Below are positions 42,454-52,130 of a DNA stretch of 64,000 bases, piece by piece (positions within the stretch are counted from its first letter, which is position 1; every line of letters begins with the position of its first letter). Source of the DNA: Thermodesulfobacteriota bacterium (GTDB lineage Bacteria > Desulfobacterota > Desulfobulbia > Desulfobulbales > SURF-16); assembly GCA_039715015.1 (NCBI GenBank), contig JBDLIE010000003.1, positions 32,001-96,000 of the forward strand. Direction: 5' to 3'. The notes beneath the pieces were generated by a model, which made no database searches, was not told where the DNA came from, and saw nothing but the letters and a program-made list of their open reading frames with translations. The position numbers and the translations under genes were made by a program.

Positions 42454-43788
42454 TTAATGAGCACTCACCCGCCTGGGGTCAGCAAAGTATTCACGGGTTG
42501 ATCTAACAACAACACCAGATAGAAAGAGGAGACCAATGAGGTTAGGCCAAGCCATAAGGGCATTAAAAATATCAGAGATTGCCCAAACCTGCTTCAACTC
42601 AAAAGTGGCGCCCACCGGCAGTAAAGCACAGTAGAGAATACGGTAGGGCATAATCGATTTCTCTCCAAAAAGATATTCGACTGATCTGTCCCCGTAATAA
42701 GACCAGCTCACTGCTGTTGAAAAGGCAAAAATAGTCATACCGATGGCAACGATATATGTACCAATTGTGGGAAGCGCAGAGCCAAAGGCATGGGAGGTTA
42801 GGTCAGCGCCGGAGAGCCCACCCTGATAAGCGCCGGTAACAATGATGACAAGGCCGGTCATGGTGCAAATGATAATAGTGTCAATAAAGGGGCCGAGCAT
42901 GGCAACGAGCCCCTCACGGACAGGTTCGTTTGTTTGAGCGGCGCCATGGGCAATGGGAGCGCTGCCAAGACCTGCTTCATTAGAAAAAAGTCCGCGGGCA
43001 ACTCCAAAGCGAATGGCCTGGGCTACAGCAGCTCCAGCAAAACCTCCAGTAGCAGCACTACCGGTGAAGGCATCCTTAAAAATCATTGAAAAAGCTGCTG
43101 GAATTGCTTCAAAATTTAAGAAAAGTACGGTTAAGGCGCCAGCCACATAAAAAAAGGCCATGACAGGAACCATGCGACTCGCCACATGACCGATACGTTT
43201 AATGCCGCCGACAATAACGCAAAAGACCAGAATGGCGATAATAAGACCTGTTGCAAGTTTAGGGATATGAAAGGTGGTGAACAGGGGGGCAGCAACTGAG
43301 TTGGCCTGCACCATATTGCCAATGCCAAAGGAGGCAATAGCCGCAAAAAAGGCAAAAAGAATCCCCAGCCATTTTTGTTTAAGACCATGTTCAAGATAGT
43401 ACATGGGGCCGGCACTGATAGAACCATCCTCATGGATAACCCGATACTTAAGGGCCAGCAGGCATTCGGCAAACTTGAGGCTCATGCCAAAGAAAGCTGT
43501 TACCCACATCCAAAATAAGGCGCCCGGTCCGCCACTTGCTATGGCTACGCCAACACCAGCTATATTACCTGTGCCGATAGTTGCAGAAAGAGCTGCGGAT
43601 AAAGCTTGAAAATGGGTTATTTCACCCTTGTCTTTAGGGTTATCATATTTGCCGGACAATAAACCAAAGCCGTAAAAAAACCTCCGGATTTGAACGCCCT
43701 TCATGAGAAAAGTTGTGAAAACACCTGTACCTAGAAGCAAAATAATAGTAACAGGGCCCCAAACAAAACTACTGATTGAATCAAGCAC
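42454..43788 (-). CDS. Alanine/glycine:cation symporter (AGCS family)
   Basis: ATIGTGNIAGV, GGPGALFWMW, GPMYY, RGLFSNEAGLGS and FIDTIIICTMT. Confidence 0.93.
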   Translation of the reverse strand: MLDSISSFVWGPVTIILLLGTGVFTTFLMKGVQIRRFFYGFGLLSGKYDNPKDKGEITHFQALSAALSATIGTGNIAGVGVAIASGGPGALFWMWVTAFFGMSLKFAECLLALKYRVIHEDGSISAGPMYYLEHGLKQKWLGILFAFFAAIASFGIGNMVQANSVAAPLFTTFHIPKLATGLIIAILVFCVIVGGIKRIGHVASRMVPVMAFFYVAGALTVLFLNFEAIPAAFSMIFKDAFTGSAATGGFAGAAVAQAIRFGVARGLFSNEAGLGSAPIAHGAAQTNEPVREGLVAMLGPFIDTIIICTMTGLVIIVTGAYQGGLSGADLTSHAFGSALPTIGTYIVAIGMTIFAFSTAVSWSYYGDRSVEYLFGEKSIMPYRILYCALLPVGATFELKQVWAISDIFNALMAWPNLIGLLFLSGVVVRSTREYFADPRRVSAH

Positions 43789-44030
43789 GTTTCTTCTCCA
43801 TATTATTGAAAAAAGAGGGAAATTTACGGTTGAAGAGATGCTATACCCAAGATTTATCGATGTTTCAAGGGATAATTAACTTGGCAGACAACACCCCAAC
43901 ATTGAAGGGTTGGCAATCTTTAAAATCATAATCCTGATGAACAAAAAACTGTCATCCTTGCCGCACATACGATAGTGTGTCTATGAAATTCAAGGATTAT
44001 CTTAAAATTTAAATTCCATTCTCTCCCCTG

Positions 44031-45212
44031 ATGTCAAAAATAAAGAAACTGCAGAAACGGCTTTTGGTTGTAGATGACAACCTTGCCATGCGCAAAATGC
44101 TAGAGAGCATGTTAACCAGCATTGGCTATAACAATGTTTCTTCAGCTGTTGACGGAGAAAGTGGTTGGGAAAAAATCCTTGAGGGAGAAGTTGATATTGT
44201 TATTAGCGATTATATTATGCCGCGCTTAAACGGCCTTGAGTTCCTCCACCGTATTCGTCGCTCCAAGGAATATTTTAACCTCCCATTTATTATGATCACC
44301 GGCGCCGATAACTGGGGTGATTTTATGAATACGGTGCAGGCAGAGGTGGATAATTATCTCATTAAACCAATCACAGCAGACAGGCTTGAAGAGGTGCTTA
44401 ATCAAGTTCACCTACAGCAACAAAGCGCCAGCCCCTATCTGAAGGCTATGCATACAGGTAAACATTGCTATATGAACAATGATTTAGGCAAGGCCTATAA
44501 AAGTTTTCTTCTGGCCCAGGCCATTGAACCGGCGCTGGCTAAACCCTATTTTTACCTTGGCCAAATCAGCAAAGAAAGCGCCAGAGATGAGGAGGCGGTT
44601 AAGTTCTTCAAAAGATGCCTGGAGATTGAGGGGAATTACATAAATGCCATGGTTGGTCTTGTGGAGATCTATGCAAAGGCCGATGATTTTGGCCAGATGT
44701 TTATTTACCTTAACAAGGCTCTTGAGGTTGCCCCCAACAATATAGATCTCCATATTGATTTGGCCAAGGCTTCGTTTAAATTGGATGACATGGCTACTGT
44801 ACGTAAAGCCCTGAAAACTGCTACAAAAATCGCCAAAAGCAATAAGGCTCATGTTGAGAAGGTCATAGAATCTTATATAGGATGTGGTTTGCTCGATGAA
44901 GCAGATTATCTTTTTGGTAAAAAATTACAGGATGACGACACGGAGACGGTCAGATTTTGGAACAGGCTAGGCCTGGAAGCCAAGGGGATTGGCGATTTCC
45001 AAAAGAGTAAATATTTCTATTTGTCAGCCTTAAAGCTACGTCCTCAGGCGAAAGAGGTAAACTTCAATATAGCCATCTTACTCTACGAACAAGGTGAGTA
45101 TAATAGCTCCATGGCATACACAACAAAGGCGCTTCGTCTCTATCCGGATTTCCTTGAGGCTAAGGAGTTGATGGATTCTTTACGCAAGAAGATAGATCAG
45201 ATTGCTCCTTAA
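44031..45212 (+). CDS. Response regulator receiver domain fused to TPR repeats
   Basis: LVVDD, ISDYIMP, IT and KP receiver motifs, followed by TPR-like repeats. Confidence 0.85.
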   Translation: MSKIKKLQKRLLVVDDNLAMRKMLESMLTSIGYNNVSSAVDGESGWEKILEGEVDIVISDYIMPRLNGLEFLHRIRRSKEYFNLPFIMITGADNWGDFMNTVQAEVDNYLIKPITADRLEEVLNQVHLQQQSASPYLKAMHTGKHCYMNNDLGKAYKSFLLAQAIEPALAKPYFYLGQISKESARDEEAVKFFKRCLEIEGNYINAMVGLVEIYAKADDFGQMFIYLNKALEVAPNNIDLHIDLAKASFKLDDMATVRKALKTATKIAKSNKAHVEKVIESYIGCGLLDEADYLFGKKLQDDDTETVRFWNRLGLEAKGIGDFQKSKYFYLSALKLRPQAKEVNFNIAILLYEQGEYNSSMAYTTKALRLYPDFLEAKELMDSLRKKIDQIAP

Positions 45213-45234
45213 GAGGGGAGTTAGTTCGCAGAAA

Positions 45235-45942
45235 TCAGAGAGAAAGACCACTCCTTCGCGACTTTCTGGACAATTTACCCATTATCCAACCCACAAGAAA
45301 AACACCAAATCCTGCTAAGAACCATAAGATCCTGTCAGTTTGAAGAAGTTCAGTGTTCTCGACTTTTAACATTTCTACCTCTTGATCCAGGTCTTGAACT
45401 TGGGCCTTCAAGCTATCCCGTTCGCCAAAAATTTCTTCAACACCTTGGGCTTTTTCTTTCAAGTCTTCGTATTTGGATTCAGCATTTTTTACCGACTGTT
45501 CTAAGCCAGTAATTTGCTTTTCTAACTGACCAATCTCCCTTGCTTTATCCTTAAGTTGTCCTTGTAGATCTTTTGCTGAGTTTTTGAAAGTGCCTGTGGA
45601 AGATGCTGCAGAGTCTAATCTTTTCTTAAGGGTCTGAACTTTTCCTTTGAGGTCGGCAATAATCAGATCTTTAGGCTTTTCTTCGATAGTGTATTTTTTT
45701 TGAATCCAGCCTTTATCGCCCTTGGGGGTTTGTACGAGGATAAACCCATCTTCCTTTTCCTCAATAATCTTAAAAGAATCGCCAGATCTCAGATAAGAGA
45801 TAATATTGCCGCGGAGAGAAGGGGTATCGCGTAAGGAGACAATGAGGGTGTCAGAAATATACCTTTTCTCGGCACAAACTAATGACGGGGATAAAAAAAT
45901 AAGAAGAAGGGCCAGGACATAACGCCATTTGGGAGATTTCAT
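45235..45942 (-). CDS. SH3-domain coiled-coil membrane-anchored protein (YgiM/TIGR04211-like)
   Basis: Signal peptide, RYISD...LR, SH3b-like KGWI, coiled coil and C-terminal membrane segment WFLAGFGVFLVGW. Confidence 0.82.
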   Translation of the reverse strand: MKSPKWRYVLALLLIFLSPSLVCAEKRYISDTLIVSLRDTPSLRGNIISYLRSGDSFKIIEEKEDGFILVQTPKGDKGWIQKKYTIEEKPKDLIIADLKGKVQTLKKRLDSAASSTGTFKNSAKDLQGQLKDKAREIGQLEKQITGLEQSVKNAESKYEDLKEKAQGVEEIFGERDSLKAQVQDLDQEVEMLKVENTELLQTDRILWFLAGFGVFLVGWIMGKLSRKSRRSGLSL

Positions 45943-46412
45943 TATAATAATCCTTGCTGTTGCCTGATTGCTTCGTAAAGTACTATGCCAGTGGTCATGG
46001 CCAGGTTGAGGCTACGTATATTTTCATTAACCATAGGAAGGGTATAGCAGCGGTCCTTATAGAGTTCAAGAACATCTTCAGGGAGCCCCTTTGTTTCTTT
46101 GCCGAAAATTAAAAAATCTCCTTGTTGGTAGTGTGCTTCTGTGTATGAATCGTTGACCTTGGTTGTGAAAAAATAGAGTCGTTCTTCTGCTTGAGCATTG
46201 AGGAAAGTTTCAAAATTATCCCAATATCTTATGTCAACAAAATGCCAATAGTCAAGACCGGCACGCTTGAGATGCTTATCTGAAGTAGAAAAACCCAGAG
46301 GCTTAATCAGGTGAAGTACTGAATTCGTAGCACCGCAAAGACGGGCGATTGACCCGGTGTTTGGTGGTATCTCCGGTTCAACCAGGACTATATTGAATGG
46401 TTTACTGCTCAA
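45942..46412 (-). CDS. trmL: tRNA (cytidine34-2'-O)-methyltransferase
   Basis: PEIPPNTG, KRAGLDYW, FGKETKGL and RSLNLA. Confidence 0.93.
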   Translation of the reverse strand: MSSKPFNIVLVEPEIPPNTGSIARLCGATNSVLHLIKPLGFSTSDKHLKRAGLDYWHFVDIRYWDNFETFLNAQAEERLYFFTTKVNDSYTEAHYQQGDFLIFGKETKGLPEDVLELYKDRCYTLPMVNENIRSLNLAMTTGIVLYEAIRQQQGLL

Positions 46413-46421
46413 AAGAATCTA

Positions 46422-47771
46422 CTAAAGCAGGGTGATGGAATCCTGAGGTTTCAGGACAAAGGTTCGAACATAAAGGATTTTCTGGGTGGTAGACTTGTCA
46501 AGCATAGCCACAAGTTGATTTGTGGACTGATTGTAATAGGCCAGCTCAGTACCGCTCAAAACAGAACGTGGTTTGAACTTAAGGGCAAAGGGGTTCTTGA
46601 ACTGATTATTATGAGCAATTCTATAATCAAGATGCGGGCCAGTGGATCGGCCGGTTGAACCGACATAGCCAATAATATCCTTCTGTTTGATTTTAGAGCC
46701 ATTATGGAGACCTCTGGCAAAACGGGAGAGGTGACCGTAATAGGTTTTATAACCGTTAGGATGTTTGATGATGACCTGTTTGCCAAAACCACCTCTAACA
46801 CCTCGAAAAACAACCTTGCCATCTGCAGCGGCAATTATAGGTGTGCCGGTGGGTGCAGCCAGGTCAACTCCAAGATGTGGTTTGACGACTCCAAGGATAG
46901 GATGTTTGCGGCGCCAGCTAAACCTTGAGGTGACCCGCCCCATGGGAACCGGTGAACGAAGAAATGAGGTTCCAAGCTCCTCTCCATTGGGTGAGTAATG
47001 AGCAGATTTACCATTTTGAAGAGTATGATAGAAACCTTCTTGGACATCTTTGCCGGACTTGTCACCATATTTTGCGTACAAGATATTGCCGTAACCTATG
47101 AATGTATCTTTTTGGTAATATTCTTCATAAACGATGCTGAAATTATCACCAGGCTGAGTCTCAGTGTTAAAGTCAAGGCGTGAGGAAAATATGTCGGCAA
47201 AAGAATAAATAAGCTTGGGGCTGAGATTCAGTTTTTGAAAAGCGGTAAAGAGAGAAGAGTTAACTGTGCCGGTGATACTGACAGTTTTTACCTCAAGGGG
47301 AATTTCATCCTGAGCTGCAATAAAGGTGTCATCCCGCTTTACAACAGTATATTTATGAAGTGGATCAGACTCATAAATACAACGTAATAAGTTGCCGTCT
47401 TGATCCAAGTCGACTGTAAATGTATCATGGGGGCGTAATCTTCGAAAATCCAAACATGAATCCAGGTTGTTGACTATCTGGTGGCGGACGGTTTCGGGAA
47501 GCTCTGCTCGTTTCATGGCAAGCATGAGGGTATCACCAGGTAACAGTTCACCTGCAATGGTTTGCGATATCTTGGCGCTCAGGGGGAGGGGAGGTGGGCT
47601 TACAGCTTGAACCTCCATTGGAGAAATACCATTATGGGGACGCCTGGCCTGAAACCCATTTTGGATCTCACCATTACTATCCAGGGACGGGTTAGCCTGA
47701 TCAAAATAAACGCCTGCACAGGCCAAGACAAGAGAGAGTCCAGTAAAAAAAACTATGTGGGAAGTCTTCAC
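46422..47771 (-). CDS. M23 family peptidoglycan DD-endopeptidase (MepM-like)
   Basis: N-terminal anchor, RKHPILG, HLGVD (HxxxD), YGHL and STGPHLDY. Confidence 0.9.
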   Translation of the reverse strand: MKTSHIVFFTGLSLVLACAGVYFDQANPSLDSNGEIQNGFQARRPHNGISPMEVQAVSPPPLPLSAKISQTIAGELLPGDTLMLAMKRAELPETVRHQIVNNLDSCLDFRRLRPHDTFTVDLDQDGNLLRCIYESDPLHKYTVVKRDDTFIAAQDEIPLEVKTVSITGTVNSSLFTAFQKLNLSPKLIYSFADIFSSRLDFNTETQPGDNFSIVYEEYYQKDTFIGYGNILYAKYGDKSGKDVQEGFYHTLQNGKSAHYSPNGEELGTSFLRSPVPMGRVTSRFSWRRKHPILGVVKPHLGVDLAAPTGTPIIAAADGKVVFRGVRGGFGKQVIIKHPNGYKTYYGHLSRFARGLHNGSKIKQKDIIGYVGSTGRSTGPHLDYRIAHNNQFKNPFALKFKPRSVLSGTELAYYNQSTNQLVAMLDKSTTQKILYVRTFVLKPQDSITLL

Positions 47772-48217
47772 ATTTACACCAGGTGATAATGAAATTTGAA
47801 AAGTCGAGAAGCTATATTTAGTATCGACCTTATCTCCTTATTTCTTCACAAATTTTATTACAATATATTCTTTTTTGGAACAAGGTTAACATTAGTGGAA
47901 AAATCGCCTTTTTCCCTTGAAATCAAAGGGAAACAAGAGGTGTTCTTTATCTTGTGGTTGCGGCCGGCAAAGTTATACACTCTGTAGTGTTCCGCCTTAT
48001 GGGGCCAGAAGTTCAGCAAACCCTCCAAACCTTATTTTTTTACAAAAAATAAGGTGGTTCTCTTTGTTGATTCTTGTTAGTTATACATGTTTTCAAAATT
48101 CACCCCTGCCAAAAACACTTTCATATATAATGAAATAGGGCGGGAATCTTTTTAATAGAGTGTTGTGTGACAGGCCAACACCTCATGCAAAACATAGTTT
48201 TTAAGAGAAGTAAGAAA

Positions 48218-49453
48218 ATGGCTCTCATAGTACAGAAATTTGGCGGCACATCCGTTGCCGATCCCGGCAAAATTAAAGCGGTTGCCGACCGGGTAATGAA
48301 AAAAGCCCAGGAAGGAAATAAAATGGTTGTTGTGCTCTCTGCCATGTCTGGCGAGACAAATCGTTTTGTTGATCTTGCTCACCAGATGCAGGCTCAACCA
48401 GACCCGCGAGAATTCGACATGCTCCTGGCCACAGGTGAGCAGGTCACTATCTCACTTTTTGCCATGGCCGTTAAGGCAGCTGGCATGGACGCTATTTCGC
48501 TGCTTGGTGACCAGGTTAAAATTAAAACAGACTCCCGGCACACCAAAGCCCGCATAAAAGAAATTGATACGGAACTCATTAATCAATATCATGATGAGGG
48601 TAAGATCATTGTCGTTGCAGGATTTCAAGGAGTGACTGAGGATGACCATATCACCACCTTGGGACGCGGCGGTTCCGACACCACAGCTGTTGCCCTTGCT
48701 GCTGCCCTAAAGGCAGATGTATGTGAAATCTTTACAGATGTAGAAGGCGTGTACACCACAGACCCTAACATCTGCAACAAAGCGAGAAAAATTGAAAAAA
48801 TCACCTACGACGAGATGCTTGAACTCGCCAGTCTTGGCGCCAAAGTTCTTGATATCCGTTCTGTAAGTTTTGCTAAACGTTATAAAGTGCCCCTTCATGT
48901 GCGCTCAACATTCACTGATACTGAAGGCACATGGGTTGTTGAGGAGGATCAACAAATGGAATCATTGCCTGTCTCTGGTGTAGCCTATAATAAAAATGAA
49001 GCCAGGATAACCATTTCAAAGGTGCCAGATACACCTGGTACAGCTTCTAAAATATTCACCCCCATCTCTGACGCTGGAATTGTAGTTGATGTTATTATCC
49101 AGAACACCAGAAGTGGTGATTTGACAGATATGACCTTCACCGTTCCCTTAACTGATTATGATCAGGCCATGGAGATCGTTGCCGAGGTGGCTGGGGAGAT
49201 TAATGCTGAATACTATAGCGGCGACAAGGATATTGCCAAGATATCCATTGTTGGTGTTGGTATGCGTAACCATGCAGGTATTGCAACCACCATGTTTGGT
49301 GTTTTAGCAAAAGAAGGCATCAATATTTCCATGATTTCCACTTCGGAAATTAAAGTTTCCTGCGTAATAGAGGAGAAATACACCGAGCTTGCCGTGCGCA
49401 GTCTGCACGATGCATTTGGGCTCGACAAGGATAACCCCGCACGCTCCGAATGA
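48218..49453 (+). CDS. lysC: Aspartate kinase
   Basis: VQKFGGTSV, TLGRGGSD, TDVEGVYTTDP and ACT domains ending ISTSEIKVS. Confidence 0.96.
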   Translation: MALIVQKFGGTSVADPGKIKAVADRVMKKAQEGNKMVVVLSAMSGETNRFVDLAHQMQAQPDPREFDMLLATGEQVTISLFAMAVKAAGMDAISLLGDQVKIKTDSRHTKARIKEIDTELINQYHDEGKIIVVAGFQGVTEDDHITTLGRGGSDTTAVALAAALKADVCEIFTDVEGVYTTDPNICNKARKIEKITYDEMLELASLGAKVLDIRSVSFAKRYKVPLHVRSTFTDTEGTWVVEEDQQMESLPVSGVAYNKNEARITISKVPDTPGTASKIFTPISDAGIVVDVIIQNTRSGDLTDMTFTVPLTDYDQAMEIVAEVAGEINAEYYSGDKDIAKISIVGVGMRNHAGIATTMFGVLAKEGINISMISTSEIKVSCVIEEKYTELAVRSLHDAFGLDKDNPARSE

Positions 49454-49466
49454 GGTTGATTGACCT

Positions 49467-51062
49467 ATGACCACTGTATCAATATATGACACAACCCTGC
49501 GTGATGGTACGCAGGCCGAAAATTTCAACCTCTCGGTTGAAGACAAGGTCAGAGTCACCATGAAACTCGATGAGTTTGGGGTTGACTTTGTGGAAGGGGG
49601 CTGGCCTGGTGCCAACCCTGTCTCTTCTGAATATTTCAAAGAGATTAGAAATTACGACCTGCGCTATACAAAGGTTGCAGCCTTTGGATCCACCCGGAAT
49701 TTCAAGAACAATGCGGAAAGCGATCCTAACCTGCAGGCCCTTGTTGAAGCAAAAACCCCGGCCATTACTATCTTTGGCAAGACATGGGACATCCATGTCT
49801 TGGATGCGTTACATATTGAACTAAACGATAATCTGGTCATCATTGAAGATTCACTCCGTTACCTGCGCCCCCATGTCGAGCATCTCTTTTATGATGCTGA
49901 GCATTTCTTTGACGGCTTCAAGGCCAACAAGGAGTATGCCCTGTCAACAATTGACCGGGCTGTTGCCGGCGGCGCTGACGCCTTAGTCCTCTGCGATACC
50001 AATGGCGGCACCTTGCCCACGGAAATTCCGGAGATTATGACTCAGATCAAAAAACATCTGAAGAACCTGGGAAGCGAGGTGGAACTTGGCGTTCACGCCC
50101 ATAATGATTCAGAGACCGCGGTGGGTAATTCACTGGTTGCCATTTCCTGTGGCGCCACGCAGGTCCAGGGAACCATGAACGGCTATGGAGAGCGGTGCGG
50201 CAACGCCAACCTGACCTCCATCATCCCGGCCCTGGCTCTCAAGATGGGTTTTGAATTTGAGGCTGCCAAGAACTTGCAGAATCTCAGTGAGACATCGCGC
50301 TACGTCAACGAACTGGCCAACCTGGCCCACAACCGCTACCAGCCCTATGTCGGCTCCTCGGCCTTTGCCCATAAGGGTGGCATCCATGTCAGTGCAGTGC
50401 AGAAAAACCCCTTGACCTACGAGCATATTGAGCCGGAAAAGGTGGGTAACGTCCGCCGTATTCTTATCTCGGACCAGTCCGGGCGCTCCAATGTTCTTCA
50501 TAAGGCCAAGCAGTTTGGCATTGACCTGAAGAGTAAAGACCCTGTGGTCACGGCAATCCTTAAAGACCTTAAAGAGCTTGAGAATCAGGGTTATCAATTT
50601 GAAGGGGCAGAGGCCTCTTTTGAATTGCTCATGCGCCGGGCCCTTGGTACGCAGCGCCGCTATTTTGACCTCAAAGGCTTTCGGGTTATTAACCAGAAAA
50701 ACAGCCAGGATGAAAATGTCAATGCCGAGGCCACCATTCGCTTGGAGGTGGGAGGCGAAATGGTCCACACTGCTTCCCTGGGTGATGGTCCGGTTAATGC
50801 GCTGGATAATGCCCTGCGCAAGGCTTTGACCAGATTCTACCCCAACCTGAAAGATATGTGGCTTGATGACTACCGGGTTCGGGTATTGGCCAGTGAGCAT
50901 GGTACCGGGGCCAGGGTTCGCGTTTTGATCGAGTCCTCTGACAAGGTAAGTCAATGGGGCACCGTAGGTGTCTCCCACGATATCCTCGAAGCCAGCTGGC
51001 AAGCGTTGGTGGATAGTATCAGCTATAAGCTGATGAAGGATGAAATGAAGAAAAACGCTTGA
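49467..51062 (+). CDS. cimA: Citramalate synthase
   Basis: YDTTLRDGTQ, EGGWPGANP, YDAEHFFDG, FAHKGGIH and FEGAEASFEL; follows lysC. Confidence 0.9.
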   Translation: MTTVSIYDTTLRDGTQAENFNLSVEDKVRVTMKLDEFGVDFVEGGWPGANPVSSEYFKEIRNYDLRYTKVAAFGSTRNFKNNAESDPNLQALVEAKTPAITIFGKTWDIHVLDALHIELNDNLVIIEDSLRYLRPHVEHLFYDAEHFFDGFKANKEYALSTIDRAVAGGADALVLCDTNGGTLPTEIPEIMTQIKKHLKNLGSEVELGVHAHNDSETAVGNSLVAISCGATQVQGTMNGYGERCGNANLTSIIPALALKMGFEFEAAKNLQNLSETSRYVNELANLAHNRYQPYVGSSAFAHKGGIHVSAVQKNPLTYEHIEPEKVGNVRRILISDQSGRSNVLHKAKQFGIDLKSKDPVVTAILKDLKELENQGYQFEGAEASFELLMRRALGTQRRYFDLKGFRVINQKNSQDENVNAEATIRLEVGGEMVHTASLGDGPVNALDNALRKALTRFYPNLKDMWLDDYRVRVLASEHGTGARVRVLIESSDKVSQWGTVGVSHDILEASWQALVDSISYKLMKDEMKKNA

Positions 51063-51074
51063 TCGGCGTTTAAG

Positions 51075-51108
51075 AAAACGGGTCGCTTCTCACAAGCGCC
51101 CCGTTTTT
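51075..51108 (+). terminator. Intrinsic terminator after cimA
   Basis: aaaacgggtcgctt / aagcgccccgtttt. Confidence 0.65.
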
Positions 51109-51119
51109 ATTATGACTTA

Positions 51120-51503
51120 ATGACCATCTTCCCAGAAGAAGAAACGCCTCAGAAAAAGCCCTATATCCTGATTCTCCTGCTCGGCTTTTTCATCCTCACC
51201 CAGCCTCTTCTGTACCAGTCCTTAAGGGGGGGAGAGTCCACATCCCAGGCAATCTTTAAAGATGAACAGCTATTGGCTGATATCAGCAGACAACAGCCTT
51301 TTCTTCTCTTTCAAGCCATACCAATTAATAGGGCGGGCCGTGAGCAATTAGTGGTGGTTCCAGGTATAGGGCCGCAATTATCTCGGCGAATCATTGCCTA
51401 TCGCTCTTCCCACGGACCTTTCAGCACCCTTGACGAGCTTCTCAAGGTAAACGGTATTGGTCCCCAGAAACTGGAGCGCTTAAAGAAATATTGCCGGCTC
51501 TAA
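51120..51503 (+). CDS. comEA: ComEA-family helix-hairpin-helix DNA-binding protein
   Basis: N-terminal hydrophobic segment; IPINRA...VPGIGP...IIAYR...GPF...L.KVNGIGP. Confidence 0.8.
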   Translation: MTIFPEEETPQKKPYILILLLGFFILTQPLLYQSLRGGESTSQAIFKDEQLLADISRQQPFLLFQAIPINRAGREQLVVVPGIGPQLSRRIIAYRSSHGPFSTLDELLKVNGIGPQKLERLKKYCRL

Positions 51504-51511
51504 CCTATCTC

Positions 51512-52073
51512 CTATTTGTCAATATCCAGAAGTCTATTTAGTGAGGCGGTTCCAACCTCTCCACCCTGACATGCAATAAGGCTGCGAAGTTTCTCCAGGG
51601 CCGAACCATCAACACTGGCCCCTTTGGCAAGTACAGTTCCTTTTTTCAAATCATTTTTCCAGGCCATGGCCCCTGGGAGCGCAGGCAGCGCAAAAACTGC
51701 TTTTTGATAAGACAGGGCAGGGGGGGGGGGGGAGAGGCAAGGCTACTTGCTTTATCCCATAAATCTTTGGGCAGTGAAAAAATGCTTGTAAAGCCGCCCT
51801 CTAAATGCAAACCAAAGAGACGAATGTCTCTGCAGAGTTGAGGTTTGTTTTCGAGGCAAAATTCACAGGAGTTACCTGCTGGAGCAGGCCAAAAAAACAA
51901 CCCTTGATCCCTTTTTAAGAGTGCCAAGGTCTGCAAGAAGAACACCGCAAAACTCATGACCAAGAACCCTGGCCAACTCCATACTGGCCGGGGGCGTGGA
52001 AAAGGCTTTTCCATCTATCTGTTGCACAAACACCACAGGCTTCAACCTTTAGAAGATGTTTAAGCCATAACAT
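51512..52073 (-). pseudogene. Frameshifted zinc-dependent (MDR/GroES-like) dehydrogenase fragment joined to a TrpD/PyNP-like C-terminal fragment
   Basis: KVEACGVCATD, RVLGHEFCG and CEFC...QLC...GLHLEGGF fall in three different frames; then LSYQKAVFA and DLKKGTVLAK...DGSALEKLRSLIACQGG. Confidence 0.7.
51720..51732 (+). repeat. G13 homopolymer tract
   Basis: 13 consecutive G counted directly. Confidence 0.9.
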
Positions 52074-52130
52074 GTTGTTTTTTCTCCCATAATCAACACT
52101 TCCAGATCACAGCAAAACTCCTTTTTACAC

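Noticed and set aside
47790..48217. Lysine riboswitch or leader peptide upstream of lysC
   Set aside because: No recognisable L-box consensus, terminator/antiterminator pair or Lys/Thr-rich leader ORF.
50130..51002. 290 aa antisense ORF
   Set aside because: Lies entirely opposite cimA, has no motifs, and is explained by codon bias on the coding strand.
51646..52014. 122 aa ORF treated as an intact gene
   Set aside because: Only its middle part is in the dehydrogenase frame; it is one piece of the frameshifted pseudogene.
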